From Octopus vulgaris (taxonomy: Eukaryota), in assembly GCA_951406725.2 (NCBI GenBank), contig OX597832.1:58032001-58096000 (forward strand): DNA of 64,000 nt, written 5' to 3'. Positions 26,838-39,360 of this stretch are shown in pieces (position 1 is the stretch's first letter; each line of letters starts with the position of its first letter). A program made the position numbers and the translations under genes. The notes below the pieces were generated by a model that was not told the origin of the DNA, ran no database searches, and was given only the letters and a program-made list of their open reading frames with translations.

Positions 26838-27951
26838 ATCCCTAAAAAAACATTGGTCGGGCTTGGGCCTATAGTAGAAAACACTTGGTTAAGATGCTGC
26901 ATAGTGGGACTGAACCCGAATCTAAGTGGTTGCAAAACGAGATTCTTAACTACATTGCAATGCCGGCGCCTAGTACTACTGTTTTTCTCTGCTCTCATAA
27001 TGTCTGCTGCGATCAGATTTAAGCTTTTTACTGTCGTTTGCTATTCTATCGTATTTCATTCGTGTGAAGTTCTTTTGTTAATAAATAGCACCATCCATTG
27101 TTTCCATTTAAAGAAACGATTTCTACCCGCTCATGATTTTCACCTTTACAATTTCCGATTCATAAACCCTCCAATTGTTATTTTTCTTTTACATATACAT
27201 ATATATATATATGTGTGTGTGTGTGTGTACATCATTCCGTTTCTAGTTTTTGTTGGCTACATTTCTATAGCTGTTTCTAGCGTTTTGGTTTTACTTCAAC
27301 CTCCGGGGGCGAAGGAATAAAGTACCAGTCACGTATTGGGGTCGACGGAATCGACTAACAACTAACAATCCATACTCAAAATTACTGGCCTTATGCTAAA
27401 ATGTGAAACCATTCATCTTTCTGCTCCTATTGTTATTAAAACGATGATGATAATGATGATGGTGGTCATGATCACGGGTATGATGATAATGAGGATGGCG
27501 AGAAGGATGTGTAGAGAGATACAGTTATCCCTGTACCCGTTGTAACCGCTGTTAACCCTGTAACAACTGCATTTCACAAACAACAGGGAAACCAATAAAA
27601 GAGACCTTATCCAGCTGTGTCGTGTGCTAAACGTTATTGCAATCGTTTCCTGTTTTCTTAACTCTTATCACGAAATATGGACACATTCTGAGATTCCTGT
27701 TTAAGACAATCGTGTGTGCGTGTGTATGTGTGTGTGAGCGCGTGAGTATGTAAGTGCGTGTGCGTGAGTGCGCGCGTGCATACGCACGCATATATGCATG
27801 CATGTTTGGCATACACATGCATATACACACTACACATATCAATACATACGCACATGTTAAGCACGCGCTAAAATATCTATGTGAGCATGAATAGGTGTAA
27901 GTATAAGAGTAGACATACACATAAAAGCCATACAACTGTTTCGCTCTCTGA

Positions 27952-28007
<56 letters not shown>

Positions 28008-28319
28008 TGTGTATATATATGCATATATGTACATGTATATATATACATATATGTACATGTATATATATACATATGTAATTTATATATATATATACATACG
28101 TAATTTATATATACATACATATGTAATGTATATATACATATGTAATGTATATATAGATACATATGTAATGTATATATACATATGTACATATATATGTACG
28201 TGTATATATAAATATATACACACATATACACATACACACATGTATATATACCTGTATATATATAGACATGTATATATATACATATATACACATGTGTATA
28301 TATATATATATATGTGTGT

Positions 28320-28698
28320 GTATATAGACATACGTGTATACATATACGCGTATATATATATACATGTGTATATATATGTCTATATAGACATACGTGTGTA
28401 TATATATATAGACATACGAGTATATATATATATCTATATAGACATACGTGTATATATATATATCTATATAGACATACGTGTATATATATATATCTATATA
28501 GACATACGTGTATATATATATATCTATATAGACATACGTGTATATATATATATCTATATAGACATACTCTCTTTACTATTTTACTATATATATATCTATA
28601 TAGACATACGTGTATATATATCTATCTATATAGACATACGTGTATATATATATATCTATATAGACATACGTGTATATATATATATCTATATAGACATA
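28320..28698. repeat. 30-bp minisatellite (GACATACGTGTATATATATATATCTATATA)n, resuming at 29078-29135
   Basis: Visible directly. Interrupted by a family A SINE. Confidence 0.9.
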
Positions 28699-29077
28699 CT
28701 TTACTATTTTACTTGTTTCAGTCATTTGACTATCTGAGCACCGCCTTTAGTCGAGCAAATCGACCCCGGGACTTATTCTTTGTAAGCCCAGTACTTATTC
28801 TATCGGTCTCTTTGCCGAACCGCTAGACGGGGACGTAAACACACCAGCATCGGTTGTCAAGCGATTTGCGGGGACAAACACAGACACACAAACACACACA
28901 CACGCATATACATATATATACATATATACGACAGACTTCTTTCAGTTTCCGTCTACCAAATCCATCACAATATTGGTCGGCCCGGGGCTGTAGCAGAAGA
29001 CACTTGCCCAAGATGCCACGCAGTGGACTGAACCCGAACCATGTGACTGGTTAGCTACTTACCACACAGCCACTCCT
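28699..29077 (-). mobile_element. SINE family A copy inserted in the minisatellite
   Basis: Family A head and tail motifs on the minus strand. Confidence 0.85.
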
Positions 29078-29526
29078 ACGTGTATATATATATATCTATA
29101 TAGACATACGTGTATATATATATATATATATATATAGTGTAATAAATAAAATATATGCATACATACAAACATATATGTACGTACCGACATCTACATGTAT
29201 ATATACATGCATATATAAATATATATACGTACAGGACATCACAGGAAGACGAAAAAATCAACAGAACGAAAATGGAAAAGACATTTTGTTACAACAGAAG
29301 GACAGAGACGTGGAACAAGACGAAACGAAAACGGTCCCTCTTCTCAGATTTTTTACGTACGTCTTCTTGTCTCCGTCGCTCTTGAAACTGATTGATTCAT
29401 TCACCAAACTTGCTCGACTATCACTTTGCTTTAAACAATAAATGCTAGAGTTCTATATTTAAGAGATGGAGAATTATTTACATTATTTACATTCGACAGA
29501 TATTTCTCCTGATCTTGTTTGTTGTA

Positions 29527-29574
29527 AACAAAACGTTTCGGTTGATAAACCCTCCACAGCCTTCTTCAGGTGTT
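29527..29574 (-). ncRNA. Minimal type I hammerhead ribozyme motif (intact core)
   Basis: Minus strand: AACAC-CTGAAGA-A-GGCTG-tggagggtttat-CAACC-GAAACGTT-TTGTT, with one mismatch each in stems I and II. Confidence 0.7.
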
Positions 29575-29713
29575 TTGGGGGGAATTTCGAACCTGGGTTC
29601 TCATCCCTAAGGTATTTTTCGCAATTATTATTATTATTGTTGTTCAGGTCACTGACTGGAATCGAACTCGGAATCTTGGCGTTAGTAGCCCGCACTTTTA
29701 GCCACTACGTCGT

Positions 29714-29786
29714 GGGCATATGGCATAGTGGTTCAGAGCGCGGGCTACTAACCCCCAGATTCCGAGTTTGATTCCAAGCAGTGACC
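29714..29786 (+). promoter_or_regulatory. tRNA-derived head with Pol III A and B boxes (pseudo-tRNA, tRNA-Ile-like)
   Basis: A box tggcatagtgg, B box gagtttgattcc, anticodon-loop-like ctactaa. The sister copy reads ctactaacgccaag, close to tRNA-Ile(AAT) ctaataacgccaag. Confidence 0.65.
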
Positions 29787-29882
29787 TGAACAACAATAAT
29801 AAACAACAGCAACAACAATAACAGCCACAACAACATCGAAAAATTCCTTAGGTGTGAGAACCCAGGTTCGAAATTTCCCCAA

Positions 29883-29928
29883 GACACCCGTAGAAGGCTG
29901 GAGAGTATATCAGCCGAAACGTTGTGTT
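29883..29928 (+). ncRNA. Hammerhead motif with intact stems and mutated core (CCGTAGA)
   Basis: GACAC-CCGTAGA-A-GGCTG-gagagtatat-CAGCC-GAAACGTT-GTGTT. Confidence 0.6.
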
Positions 29929-31417
29929 AACAACAAGCAAGATGAAGACAAATATCAGTCGGAAAGTAATGCAAATAAATGCTAGCCCCAGAAGTAGTAT
30001 TAATGTCAAAGGTAATCTCTATATCCTACTAAACGTGGATGTATCAGAGCGCCAAGATACTGCAGTTTTCGCCTTTAGAAGACCACTCGTAAAGACGTAC
30101 AGTGCTAAAAGCATTGACGTAAATCGTTGTAGAGGGGAAACATCTGGCAAGAGTGTCAGAACTGCCAGATCACGTGATTTCACCGTACAGCGCTTCTTCA
30201 GTTTTCATTGTTGCTGTGTCAACTCATTTCTTTATCATCTACCCGTGATTTCAGTTCAAATAACACCGAATGGACATATCCTACCCAAATCGCTTGCTAT
30301 TCCAAATTGTCTCCTCTAGTTGTGTCCCCTAGCATCTGTTTCTGGGCAACACGACTCTTCTCCCAAGGGTCATATCCATTTTCCCCAGCGCCTCCCACTC
30401 GATTCGATTACCTTATCAAAGCAACCTGATATTTTTGTATTGCACAACACATTTCCTTGCCAAGTCCATCGTATCCTATGATTCTTCTCCTCTATAAACT
30501 TAAGTCTTTCTCGCTTCCCATAGATTAGTCCAGTTCCAAAACGAAGGCATACACTTTCACAATCCTAACTTCCATCCATCCACCTTCATTCCCCAAATCC
30601 GAAATATGAGGGAAACTGTAGTCAAAAAACAATCTCATCTTTCATCACATTAAACCCTTATTTCTTAGAGATAATTTTAATTCCGAATCCATCACCACAA
30701 CTTCACAGAGTCAGAGTCGTAGAAATAACTAAAATCTCTCAGAGATCACACACTTACCATCATAAAATCTTGGAGCGTACACTGGAAAATGTAGTCCTAT
30801 ATACACATTCGAACGAGATAGTCATGGTTAGAACATCTTTGCTCAGGGAATATGGCAATAACTTAGAATTAGGTCCTTCGCGGACTTGCTCCTATACATC
30901 ATATACGAATGTTTTTTTGTTTTTTTTTCGAGCGATACCATTGACCATGATTTAGTAAAATCTCCAAAAGGTTCTGGTAATAAACGCCATAGCTATTTAT
31001 CCCTTCATTCATTAAGTTCTTGTCAAGGATCTTTGCATCTCACATTCTAGATATTCTGCAAGGTTTGATTAAGTCGTTCGTTCTATACCATTAATTATAT
31101 ATTTGCTGTTACTTCTAAAAAGAAATAATCATGCGAATTTCTCCTTAATCTTCTGTAAATAGGTCTCTCCTATACGCAATCTAAACACCTCTCATTCTCA
31201 CAATCCCCCTGAGCAGGTTTTCTGCAAAGATCAAATGAAGGATTATAGATAGACACAAACAATCTGAAACGGATCCTGAAGAAAATAATTTTTTTCCACG
31301 CATATACAGTTAAAACTAACGACTTTATAACTTAACGTTCACGTGCATACATATACAGCCCATCTATCTATCTATCTATCTATCTATCTACATAAATATC
31401 TACTTACTTATATATTA

Positions 31418-31455
<38 letters not shown>

Positions 31456-31682
31456 TCACGCGCGAGTCTGTGTTTGTCCTCCACCACCGATTGAAAACCG
31501 GCGTTGGTGTGTTTACACCCACGTAACTTAGCGGTTTGTCAAAAGCGACCGATAGTCTAAGTATACCGAGTACCATGATTTAAAAAAGCAGGTACTGGAG
31601 TCGATTCATTTAACTAACAATTCTCCAAGACGGTGCTCCAACATGACCGCAGTCTTATGACAAACAATATATAGACATTTGT

Positions 31683-32123
31683 AAGGCGGCGAGCTAGCAG
31701 AATCGTTAACAAACCGGGCGAAATGCTTAGCGGTATTTTGTCTGTCTTTACGTTCAGGGTTCAAATCCCACCGAGGTCGACTTTGCCTTTCATCTTTTCG
31801 GGGTTGATAAAACAAGTACCAGTCGAGTACTGGGGTCGATGAATCGACTATCTCCCTCTCTTTCTCCCAAATTTAAAGCCTTGTGCCTAGAGTAGAAAGG
31901 ATTATTTTAAAGCGACGAGTTGGCAGAAACGTTAGCACGCCGGGCGAAATGCTTAGCGGTACTTCGGTCTGCCGCTACGTTCCGAGTTCAAATTACGCCG
32001 AGGTCGACTTTGCCTTTCATTCTTACGGGGTCGATAAATTAAGTACTAGTTGCGTACTGGGCTTGATCTAATCGACTGATTCCCTTCCCCAAAAATTCGA
32101 GCCTTGTGCCTAGAGTAGAAAAG
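31683..32123 (+). mobile_element. Two tandem SINE family B copies
   Basis: Two heads (31683, ~31910), each followed by a body and the tail gccttgtgcctagagtagaaa. Confidence 0.85.
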
Positions 32124-32190
32124 AATATATATTTGCGCGCGTGTGTGCTCCTTTATGTTTTTCCCACTGGATTAGGTCTTTAATAAATGC

Positions 32191-32238
<48 letters not shown>

Positions 32239-33037
32239 CACGTATATATATATATGCAAACGCGTATATATCTGTAGGTAGGTGGGTGGGTATGGGTGTG
32301 TAAGGAGAGTGACAAAGATTGATAGACAGGGTGAAACATCGATCAATAGATATTTAGTTGCAGAGATGGCTAATAAAGGCACTCACTCAATCTCTCACTC
32401 ACTCACTCACACACACATACATACACCATGTAACATTAATTCAAGAAAAGTTGAAAATCGTCGAATCATTTTGAACGATAAGAATGCTGTCCACCCTCTC
32501 TCTGAACGGCAAACCGCCTCCTTCTCCTCTTCATGTCCTGTCACTATTATTGCTCTGACCATGTGACCTGTGTAGGAAACTGACGTTCTGGCATTTCGTT
32601 TTCTTTACACACTCACACATACACCCACATGCATGCATATTTGGAGTCTAAATTTATATGAAAATATATCGGTCCCAGTTGAATATTTAGGTTTGACGTA
32701 TATCATCTATTTATCATAATTTCTTTAAAGTTGTTTCTTTAGACAGCCAAGAGTCGGAAGATGGATAGCAAGCGACCAGCGAAGACCCAGCGGCCTGGTT
32801 TACTTTCTTTGCGTTTATACTTTACTTCTTTGAGTCATTAGACTGCGGCCATGCTGGGATAGTGTTTTAAAGAATTCTTTAAGGGAATAAATAAACCTCA
32901 GGACTTACCTAGATTTTTATTTTGAAACATGATATCTATTCTGTCGTTCTCTTTTGCCAAATCGCTATGTTGTGGGAACGTAATCGCATCATCACCGGTT
33001 GCCAAGCGGTCAGTGGGTGGGCCAAACAGACACAAAG

Positions 33038-33089
<52 letters not shown>

Positions 33090-33120
33090 GGGTATATATA
33101 TGTATATATATATATATACA

Positions 33121-34322
33121 TCAGGTCATCCCTTAAGTTCTGCTCGATGAAATTTAATAGTATTCTAGAATGTTTAATGGAATTTAAAATTATTCTTATG
33201 CATTTGTGTACATTTAAATTAATTAAATATTATTTTACAAAATAATAGAATTACAATTTCTTTGATTAAAACCCTTTCTAACATGGAAGTATCCAAAGAG
33301 CATTTGAGACACATTATGCTTTATGAGTACAAAAAAGGAAACTCTGCAGGCGAAGCAACTCGAAACATACACTCAGTTTATGGGAAAGAATGCTTGAATG
33401 AAAGAACTTGCAGTAAATGTTATGCAAAATCAAGAAATGGAGATTTTAGCCTTGAAGATGAAGTTCGAATAGGACGTCTAGTTGAGTTTGATGATAAGCT
33501 CCTTGAAGCATTACTTGAAGAAAATCCTGCATTATCAGTTGAAGAATTGGCAATAAAGTTTAGTTCAAAGCATACAACTATTCATCGTCATCTGCAACAA
33601 CTTGGAAAGTTTCCTAAACTTGGAAAATGGATGCCTCATGAATTTTCTGAAAGCAACCGCAAATCGCGAGTTGACATCTGCTCTTCCCTCCATTCTCGCG
33701 AACTCGTTTCACCCTTTTTGGATTGACTTGTGACGAAAATTGGATGTTCTATCGAAATGTTAAACGTCGCAAACAGTGGCTATCTGTTCTCTCTACCTGG
33801 TGGGATTGCAAAGGAGTAATTCACTTTGAATTGTTACCACCTAATGCAACAATCAACGCTCAAGTCTTCTGTCAGCAATTAGAGCGTTTGAACTAAGCTT
33901 TGAAGAAAAAAAGACCCTCTTTAGTGAATCGAAAAGGAGTGATGTTTCATCAGGACAATGCACGACCTCACACTACAAAGAACACATCACAGAAGATCGA
34001 GGAGCTTGGTTAGGAAAAAAAATTCTCATCCACCTTATTCTTCCGACCTTGCTCCGTTAGACTACCATTTATTTCGTAATTTATAGAATCATTTGAGGGA
34101 CATAACTTTCACAAGCTAGGAGGTGGAAGAAAATGACATTTCAGAATTCTTCGCTTTGAAACCGAAAGAGTTTTACATTGGTGAGATTAAAAAGCTTGTA
34201 AATAGATGGAAGGAAGTCATAGATAATCGGGGAAAGTATATTGGTGATTAAATTTCAATTAAATATAACATTTGATCACTTGTTTTCTTTATTCAAAATT
34301 CGGCCAGACCTTATAGGATGAC

Positions 34323-34326
<4 letters not shown>
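33121..34326 (+). mobile_element. Mariner (DD34D) transposon copy 2, inactive, nested in the internal microsatellite of a family A SINE (~32815-34762)
   Basis: TIRs tcaggtcatcccttaagttctg / cagaccttataggatgacctga followed by TA. Same family as copy 1. The SINE halves lie on either side. Confidence 0.95.
33283..34251 (+). pseudogene. Mariner transposase pseudogene
   Basis: MEVSKEHLRHIMLYEYKKG N-terminus open to 33726, then WMPHEF, QDNARPH and PYSSDLAPLDY. Contains stops and an internal deletion near 33780. Confidence 0.95.
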
Positions 34327-34384
<58 letters not shown>

Positions 34385-34394
34385 TATAGACGCA

Positions 34395-34611
34395 CGAGGA
34401 GGTGCTGAAGTGTTCCTGGCTTTGAGGAAAAGTAAATAATACAGGAGCAGTAAATTATGATTTTATGCAGTATTTTTGCCCCTCTCAGATTCACACTTTC
34501 TACAGCGGTCCTTCAGTTTTTCTAAGCCCTTTAAAAGAACTCAGAAGTTTGGGCCTCCAATCAGGCCTTTTGCGACATCCTTAAAGCCAGGAACTTTTAA
34601 CCAACTCCTCG
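34395..34611. mobile_element. Tc1/mariner-type MITE
   Basis: TIRs cgaggaggtgctgaagtgttcctggcttt / aaagccaggaacttttaaccaactcctcg followed by TA. Confidence 0.8.
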
Positions 34612-35294
34612 TATGACGGTCTTCTTTCAGTTTCCGTCTACCAAATCCACTCACAAGGCTTTGGTCTGTCCGAAGCTATAGTAAAAGAATGCTGCCCAAA
34701 GTGCCACGCAGTGGGACTGAACCCGGTACCGTGTGGATGGAAACCAAGCTTCTTACCACACAAACATACTACGTCATTTCCGTCGCCAAAATAGTCGCAG
34801 GGAAGTTTTTGTTATTTCTATGGTAGAAAGAAATGACAATAATATGTGTGTGACATCCCAACCGCTTTTGGTTTGTTTTCGTCCCCCGTAACTTAGCGGT
34901 TCGGCAAAAGAGACCGATAGAATAAGTACCAGGCTATAAAATATATAGTTATTGAGGAAGATCAAGGTGGAACTGAGGCTGTTACAGAAAATGAAATTTT
35001 CTCCAAATGCAACGCAGTCGGATAGAACCCGTGACCTCAGAACTGCAAAGCGAACCTTTTAACCATTCAGCCATACTGTACACATAACGATTCTTTAAAA
35101 GTATCACGCAGGGTCGTCATGATAGGAATACACTTGATTTTAAGTCAGTTCGGCCCATGCTGAGGATTGTGCGTTTGTGTGTGTATGTGTGTATAGAAAG
35201 AGCACCATCACCATTAAACTGGTTCTTTCTGTGTTGCAATGTAAGGAATACACTCGAGTCTTTTGGATGTCGAAGGAATAGGTAAATAGGTAAA

Positions 35295-36145
35295 GAGTGA
35301 AGACGAAGAAGAAAACTTGAGAAAGGAGGAGGAAGAAGAGGCCAAGAAGAAGAGGTGAAGAAAGAGAAGGGAGAAAGGAAGGAAAAAAGGTGAAGAAAAA
35401 GGAAGAGGCGGAAGAGGAGCAAGAAGAGGCGAAGAAGGAAGGAAAAGGTGAAAAGGAGGCGGAAGAGGAACAAGAAGGAAAAGGAGAAAGAAAAGCAAGA
35501 AGAAAAGGGAAAGAAAAGGAAAGGAAGGAAAAAGGTGAAGAAAAAGAAGGAAGAGGAGGCGGAAGTGGAGATAGGAGGAAAGAAGAAAAAGGAGGAAGAG
35601 AAGCAAGAAGAAAAGGCAAAGAAAAAGGAAAAGGATCGAAAAAAGGTGAAAAGGGAAGGAGGCGGAAGAGTAGCAAGAAGAAAAGGAAAGAGGAAAGAAG
35701 ATAAAGAAAAAGGAAGATAAGCAAGAAGTAAAGGAAAAGAAAAGGAAAGGAAGGAAAAAGGTGAAGAAAAAGAAGGAAGAGGAGGCGGAAGGAGATAGGA
35801 GGAAAGAAGAAAAAGGAGGAAGAGAAGCAAGAAGAAAATGCAAAGAAAAAGAAAGAAGGAACGAAAGAAGGTGAAAAGGGAAGGAGGCGGAAGAGCAGCA
35901 AGAAGAAAGAGGAAAGAAGATAAAGAAAAAGGAGGAAGAGAAGCAAGAAGTAAAGGCAAAGAAAGAGAAGAAAGTAAGGAAGGAAAAAATGCGAAGAAAG
36001 AGGAGGAGGAGGAGGAGGCGGGAGAGTATCAAGAAGAAGAAGAAGAAGAGGTGGAAAGAAAAGAGAAGAAGATGAGGACAAAGGCAGAAGAAAGAATGTG
36101 GGCAGAAAGGAGAGGAAAAGAGATGAAAAGAAAGCAGCAAAAGAA
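35295..36145. repeat. Purine-rich (GA-rich) low-complexity tract with ~230-bp internal duplication
   Basis: Plus strand almost all A/G. The block gaaaaggaaaggaaggaaaaaggtgaagaaaaagaaggaagaggaggcggaag recurs at ~35512 and ~35739. Confidence 0.85.
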
Positions 36146-36799
36146 AGTACTAAATATATTGAAGTGAATGAAAGAAAGTAGAATGCGAAGCAAAGATGGA
36201 GGAAATCAGAAGAGAGAGAGATTTAAGCGTGGTGTGTAACTTACTGTTGTTTGCGTATTATAAGTGTCTGTGCGCATGCGTGAGAGTGTGTGTGTGTGCG
36301 TTCGTGTGCGCGTTGGGAGTTCGTGGCGTAGTTTGAAAGTCTCCCTCGAGCCAAATGGATCTCACAGCTACGGACAATATCTGATGTGCAGTGAAGTCTT
36401 CTCTAGATTTTTATCTGTTTATATGTTTACAGGAATTGCCCGCTTGGGGTATGTGTGTATTTGTGCACATACGTATATGTGCGTACACATACATGTATAT
36501 GTTTGTATACATATATATGCAATATATATACATATATAAATATACACATGCTTACAGACATACGTATATGTATATATATATATCATTTATATATATATAT
36601 ATGCAAACATATATATATACACATGTATATATATATGTATGTATGTATGTATATATATATATATATATATAACTATATATATATATCTTAGCACACACAT
36701 GTATATATGTGCATATTTATGTACATTTATATATATACATATATCTGCACACATACATATATGTAATATATTTGCCCATATATATGCATATATATATAT

Positions 36800-37307
36800 A
36801 TACATACACATGTGTGTGTATGTATATATATATATATATACACATACATACATGTGTGTATATATAGATACATACATATGTGTATATATATATATATACA
36901 TACATATGTGTATATATATACATATATACATATGTGTATATATATACATACATACATATGTGTATATATATACATACATACATATGTGTATATATATACA
37001 TACATACATATGTGTATATATATACATACATACATATGTGTATATATATACATACATACATATGTGTATATATATACATACATATATATGTATATATATA
37101 CATACATACATATGTGTATATATATACATACATACATATGTGTATATATATACATACATACATATGTGTATATATATACATACATACATATGTGTATATA
37201 TATATATATATATACATACATATGTGTGTATATATATATACATACATATGTGTGTATATATATACATACATATGTGTGTATATATATATACATACATATG
37301 TGTATAC

Positions 37308-37338
<31 letters not shown>

Positions 37339-37350
37339 CGTACATATGTA
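36800..37350. repeat. ~26-bp TA/CA-derived minisatellite (CATACATACATATGTGTATATATATA)n with shorter variants
   Basis: Visible directly. Confidence 0.9.
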
Positions 37351-37614
37351 TATAAGATGAGAAAAAGATATGTTTGGTCTTTCGTTTCCAAATATACATA
37401 TTTAATATAAAACCGATTGGGTTTCGATAAGACGTGGCATTAAGAGATGTACTGGAAGGAAATAAAAAAGGAAAGAGAAAACGAAGGAATATAAAAACAG
37501 TGAGAAAAAGGATTAACTAAGCTTTGAATGTGAGAACGGGGGGGGGAGCAAGAGGTCGGAGAGTGAGGGGAAAAGAAAGGAAAGATGTGAAAATATACCT
37601 CTCTATATATTTAT

Positions 37615-38022
37615 CTCTGTTTCTCACGTTTCAGTCATTTTGACTGCGGCCATGCTGGAGCACCGCCTTTAGTCGAACAAATCGACCCCAGGACTTATTC
37701 TTTGTTAGCCTAGTATTTATTCTATCGGCTTTTTTTTGCCGAACCGCTACGTTTCGGGGACGTAAACAAACCAACATTGGTTGTCAAGCGATGATTGGGG
37801 TACAAACACAAAGAATGACACATACATACACACATACATATATATACATATAATATATACGACGGGATTCTTTTAGTTTCCGTCTACCAAATCCACTCCA
37901 AAGGTTTTTTGGTCGGCCCGAGGCTATAGTAGAAGACACTTGCCCAAGGTGCCATGCAGTGGGACTGAACCCAGAACCATGAAGTTGTGAAGTAAGCTTC
38001 TTACCACACAGCTACGCCTGCG
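37615..38022 (-). mobile_element. SINE family A copy
   Basis: Reverse complement of 46582-47019. Confidence 0.85.
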
Positions 38023-38114
38023 ACATATATCTATGTCGCTTTCTCTCTCTCTCTCTGCATACGCCCACATGCACACACGTATCACGTATATGAATGTAAG
38101 CACACATACACACA

Positions 38115-38327
38115 AAGTAATCCCTCGACCATCGCGGGTGTTACGGTCCAAAACCTCACCGCGATAGGTGAAAATCCGCGAAGTAGAAACAGTACTGTAT
38201 ATTTTATTTTATGTTTATAATTTGTATATAGCTATTTTATCATAAATGCAAAACAACACCACGGAGGAATCGACGTAAGCTTATATAATAAACCGTGATA
38301 GGTGAACCGCGATATGGCGATGGCTAT
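38115..38327. mobile_element. pogo/Tigger-like MITE (decayed)
   Basis: Imperfect TIRs agtaatccctcgaccatcgcgg / ccgcgatatggcgatggctat, in a CA/TA context. Internal cgataggtgaa repeat. Confidence 0.55.
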
Positions 38328-38363
38328 ATATACATACATATATATATATATATACATACATAC

Positions 38364-38405
<42 letters not shown>

Positions 38406-38688
38406 ATCAACAGAAAACATGGCCACACAAGCGCAGCATACAGATGTATACACAGGATATGCTCGTATACATTAGCTTCGTACACTCATACACTCTTGCT
38501 CACACACGCATATGTCAGGTTCACAGTCCCCCCACCCTTTGCCACCCAAATCTCCTAGTTGTTTACTTTGCACTCAAGTCTCTAGCAAACTCCTTCTTCT
38601 AGTCATTACACCATACGTTGACCGTCTAACTGACAGAGGGTTGTTCGTTTTTCTCTCTTTTTTAGGGGGTGGTTCTCCTCGTTTTTTT

Positions 38689-38724
38689 CTTTCTGTTGAA
38701 GAGCGTGTGCTCGAAAGGTAAAGG
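38689..38724 (+). ncRNA. Hammerhead-like motif with variant CUGUUGA core
   Basis: CTTT-CTGTTGA-A-GAGC-gtgt-GCTC-GAAAGGTA-AAGG. Confidence 0.45.
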
Positions 38725-38819
38725 ACTTTTCTTTTCATCTTACCTGAACATAATCCGAATACATTATTTTATCTCGTCTTCTGTTTTTGCAGCGTGAGTG
38801 TGTGTGTGTGTGTCGACGG

Positions 38820-39360
38820 AATAAGTACCAGTTTTGCATTGGGGTCCATGTAAATGACTAGTCCCCATCCCTCAAGATTTTGAGGCCTTGTGCCTATAGT
38901 AGATAGGATTATTTTTAAAGATTGCGAACTGGCAGAATTGTTAGCACACAGGGCGAAATGCTTAGCGGTATTTCGTCTGCCGCTACGTTCTGAGTTCAAA
39001 ATCCGCCGAGGTCAACTTTACCTGTCATCCTTTCATGCTCGATAAATTAAGTGCCAGTGAAACACTAGGGTCGATGTAATCGACTATTCTCCCCCACCAA
39101 ATTTCAGGCATCGTGCTTATAGCTGAAGGAAATATTTTTGATCTCCAGAAGGCGGCGAACTGGCAGAATCATTAGCACGCTTGACAAACTGCTTAGCAGC
39201 ATTTTGTACCTCTTCACGTTCTGAGTTCAAATTCCAACGAGGTCCACCCTGACTTTCATCCTTTCGGGTTCGATAATTTAAGTGCCAGTTGACCATAGGG
39301 TCAATGTAATTGAGTTATTCCTCCTCTGGAATTGCTGGCCTTTAGCCAAAATTTGAAATC
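38820..39360 (+). mobile_element. Cluster of SINE family B copies (one 3' half plus two full)
   Basis: Heads at ~38917 and ~39149, with family B bodies and tails. Confidence 0.8.

Larger units (their letters stand above)
29452..29982. mobile_element. Head-to-head inverted pair of a tRNA-head + hammerhead SINE-like element, locus 1
   Basis: 29452-29709 (minus) and 29711-29982 (plus) are reverse complements. Each has a tRNA-like head, (AAT/AAC)n, gagaacccaggttcgaaattt, a hammerhead motif and a tail. Confidence 0.85.

Noticed and set aside
28320-28698. CRISPR-like periodic 30-bp repeats
   Set aside because: Contiguous TA-derived minisatellite with no unique spacers, no cas genes and a eukaryotic context.
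29714-29786. Functional tRNA gene
   Set aside because: Acceptor and anticodon stems are imperfect and the sequence is part of a repeated element. The same applies to the other SINE heads.
30230-30680. Possible ancient LINE fragment on the minus strand
   Set aside because: Composition is suggestive but I could not recover a diagnostic protein motif.
35117-36167. 280-313 aa F/L/S-rich and K/E/R-rich ORFs
   Set aside because: Artefacts of a polypurine tract; open in all minus frames with no domain signal.
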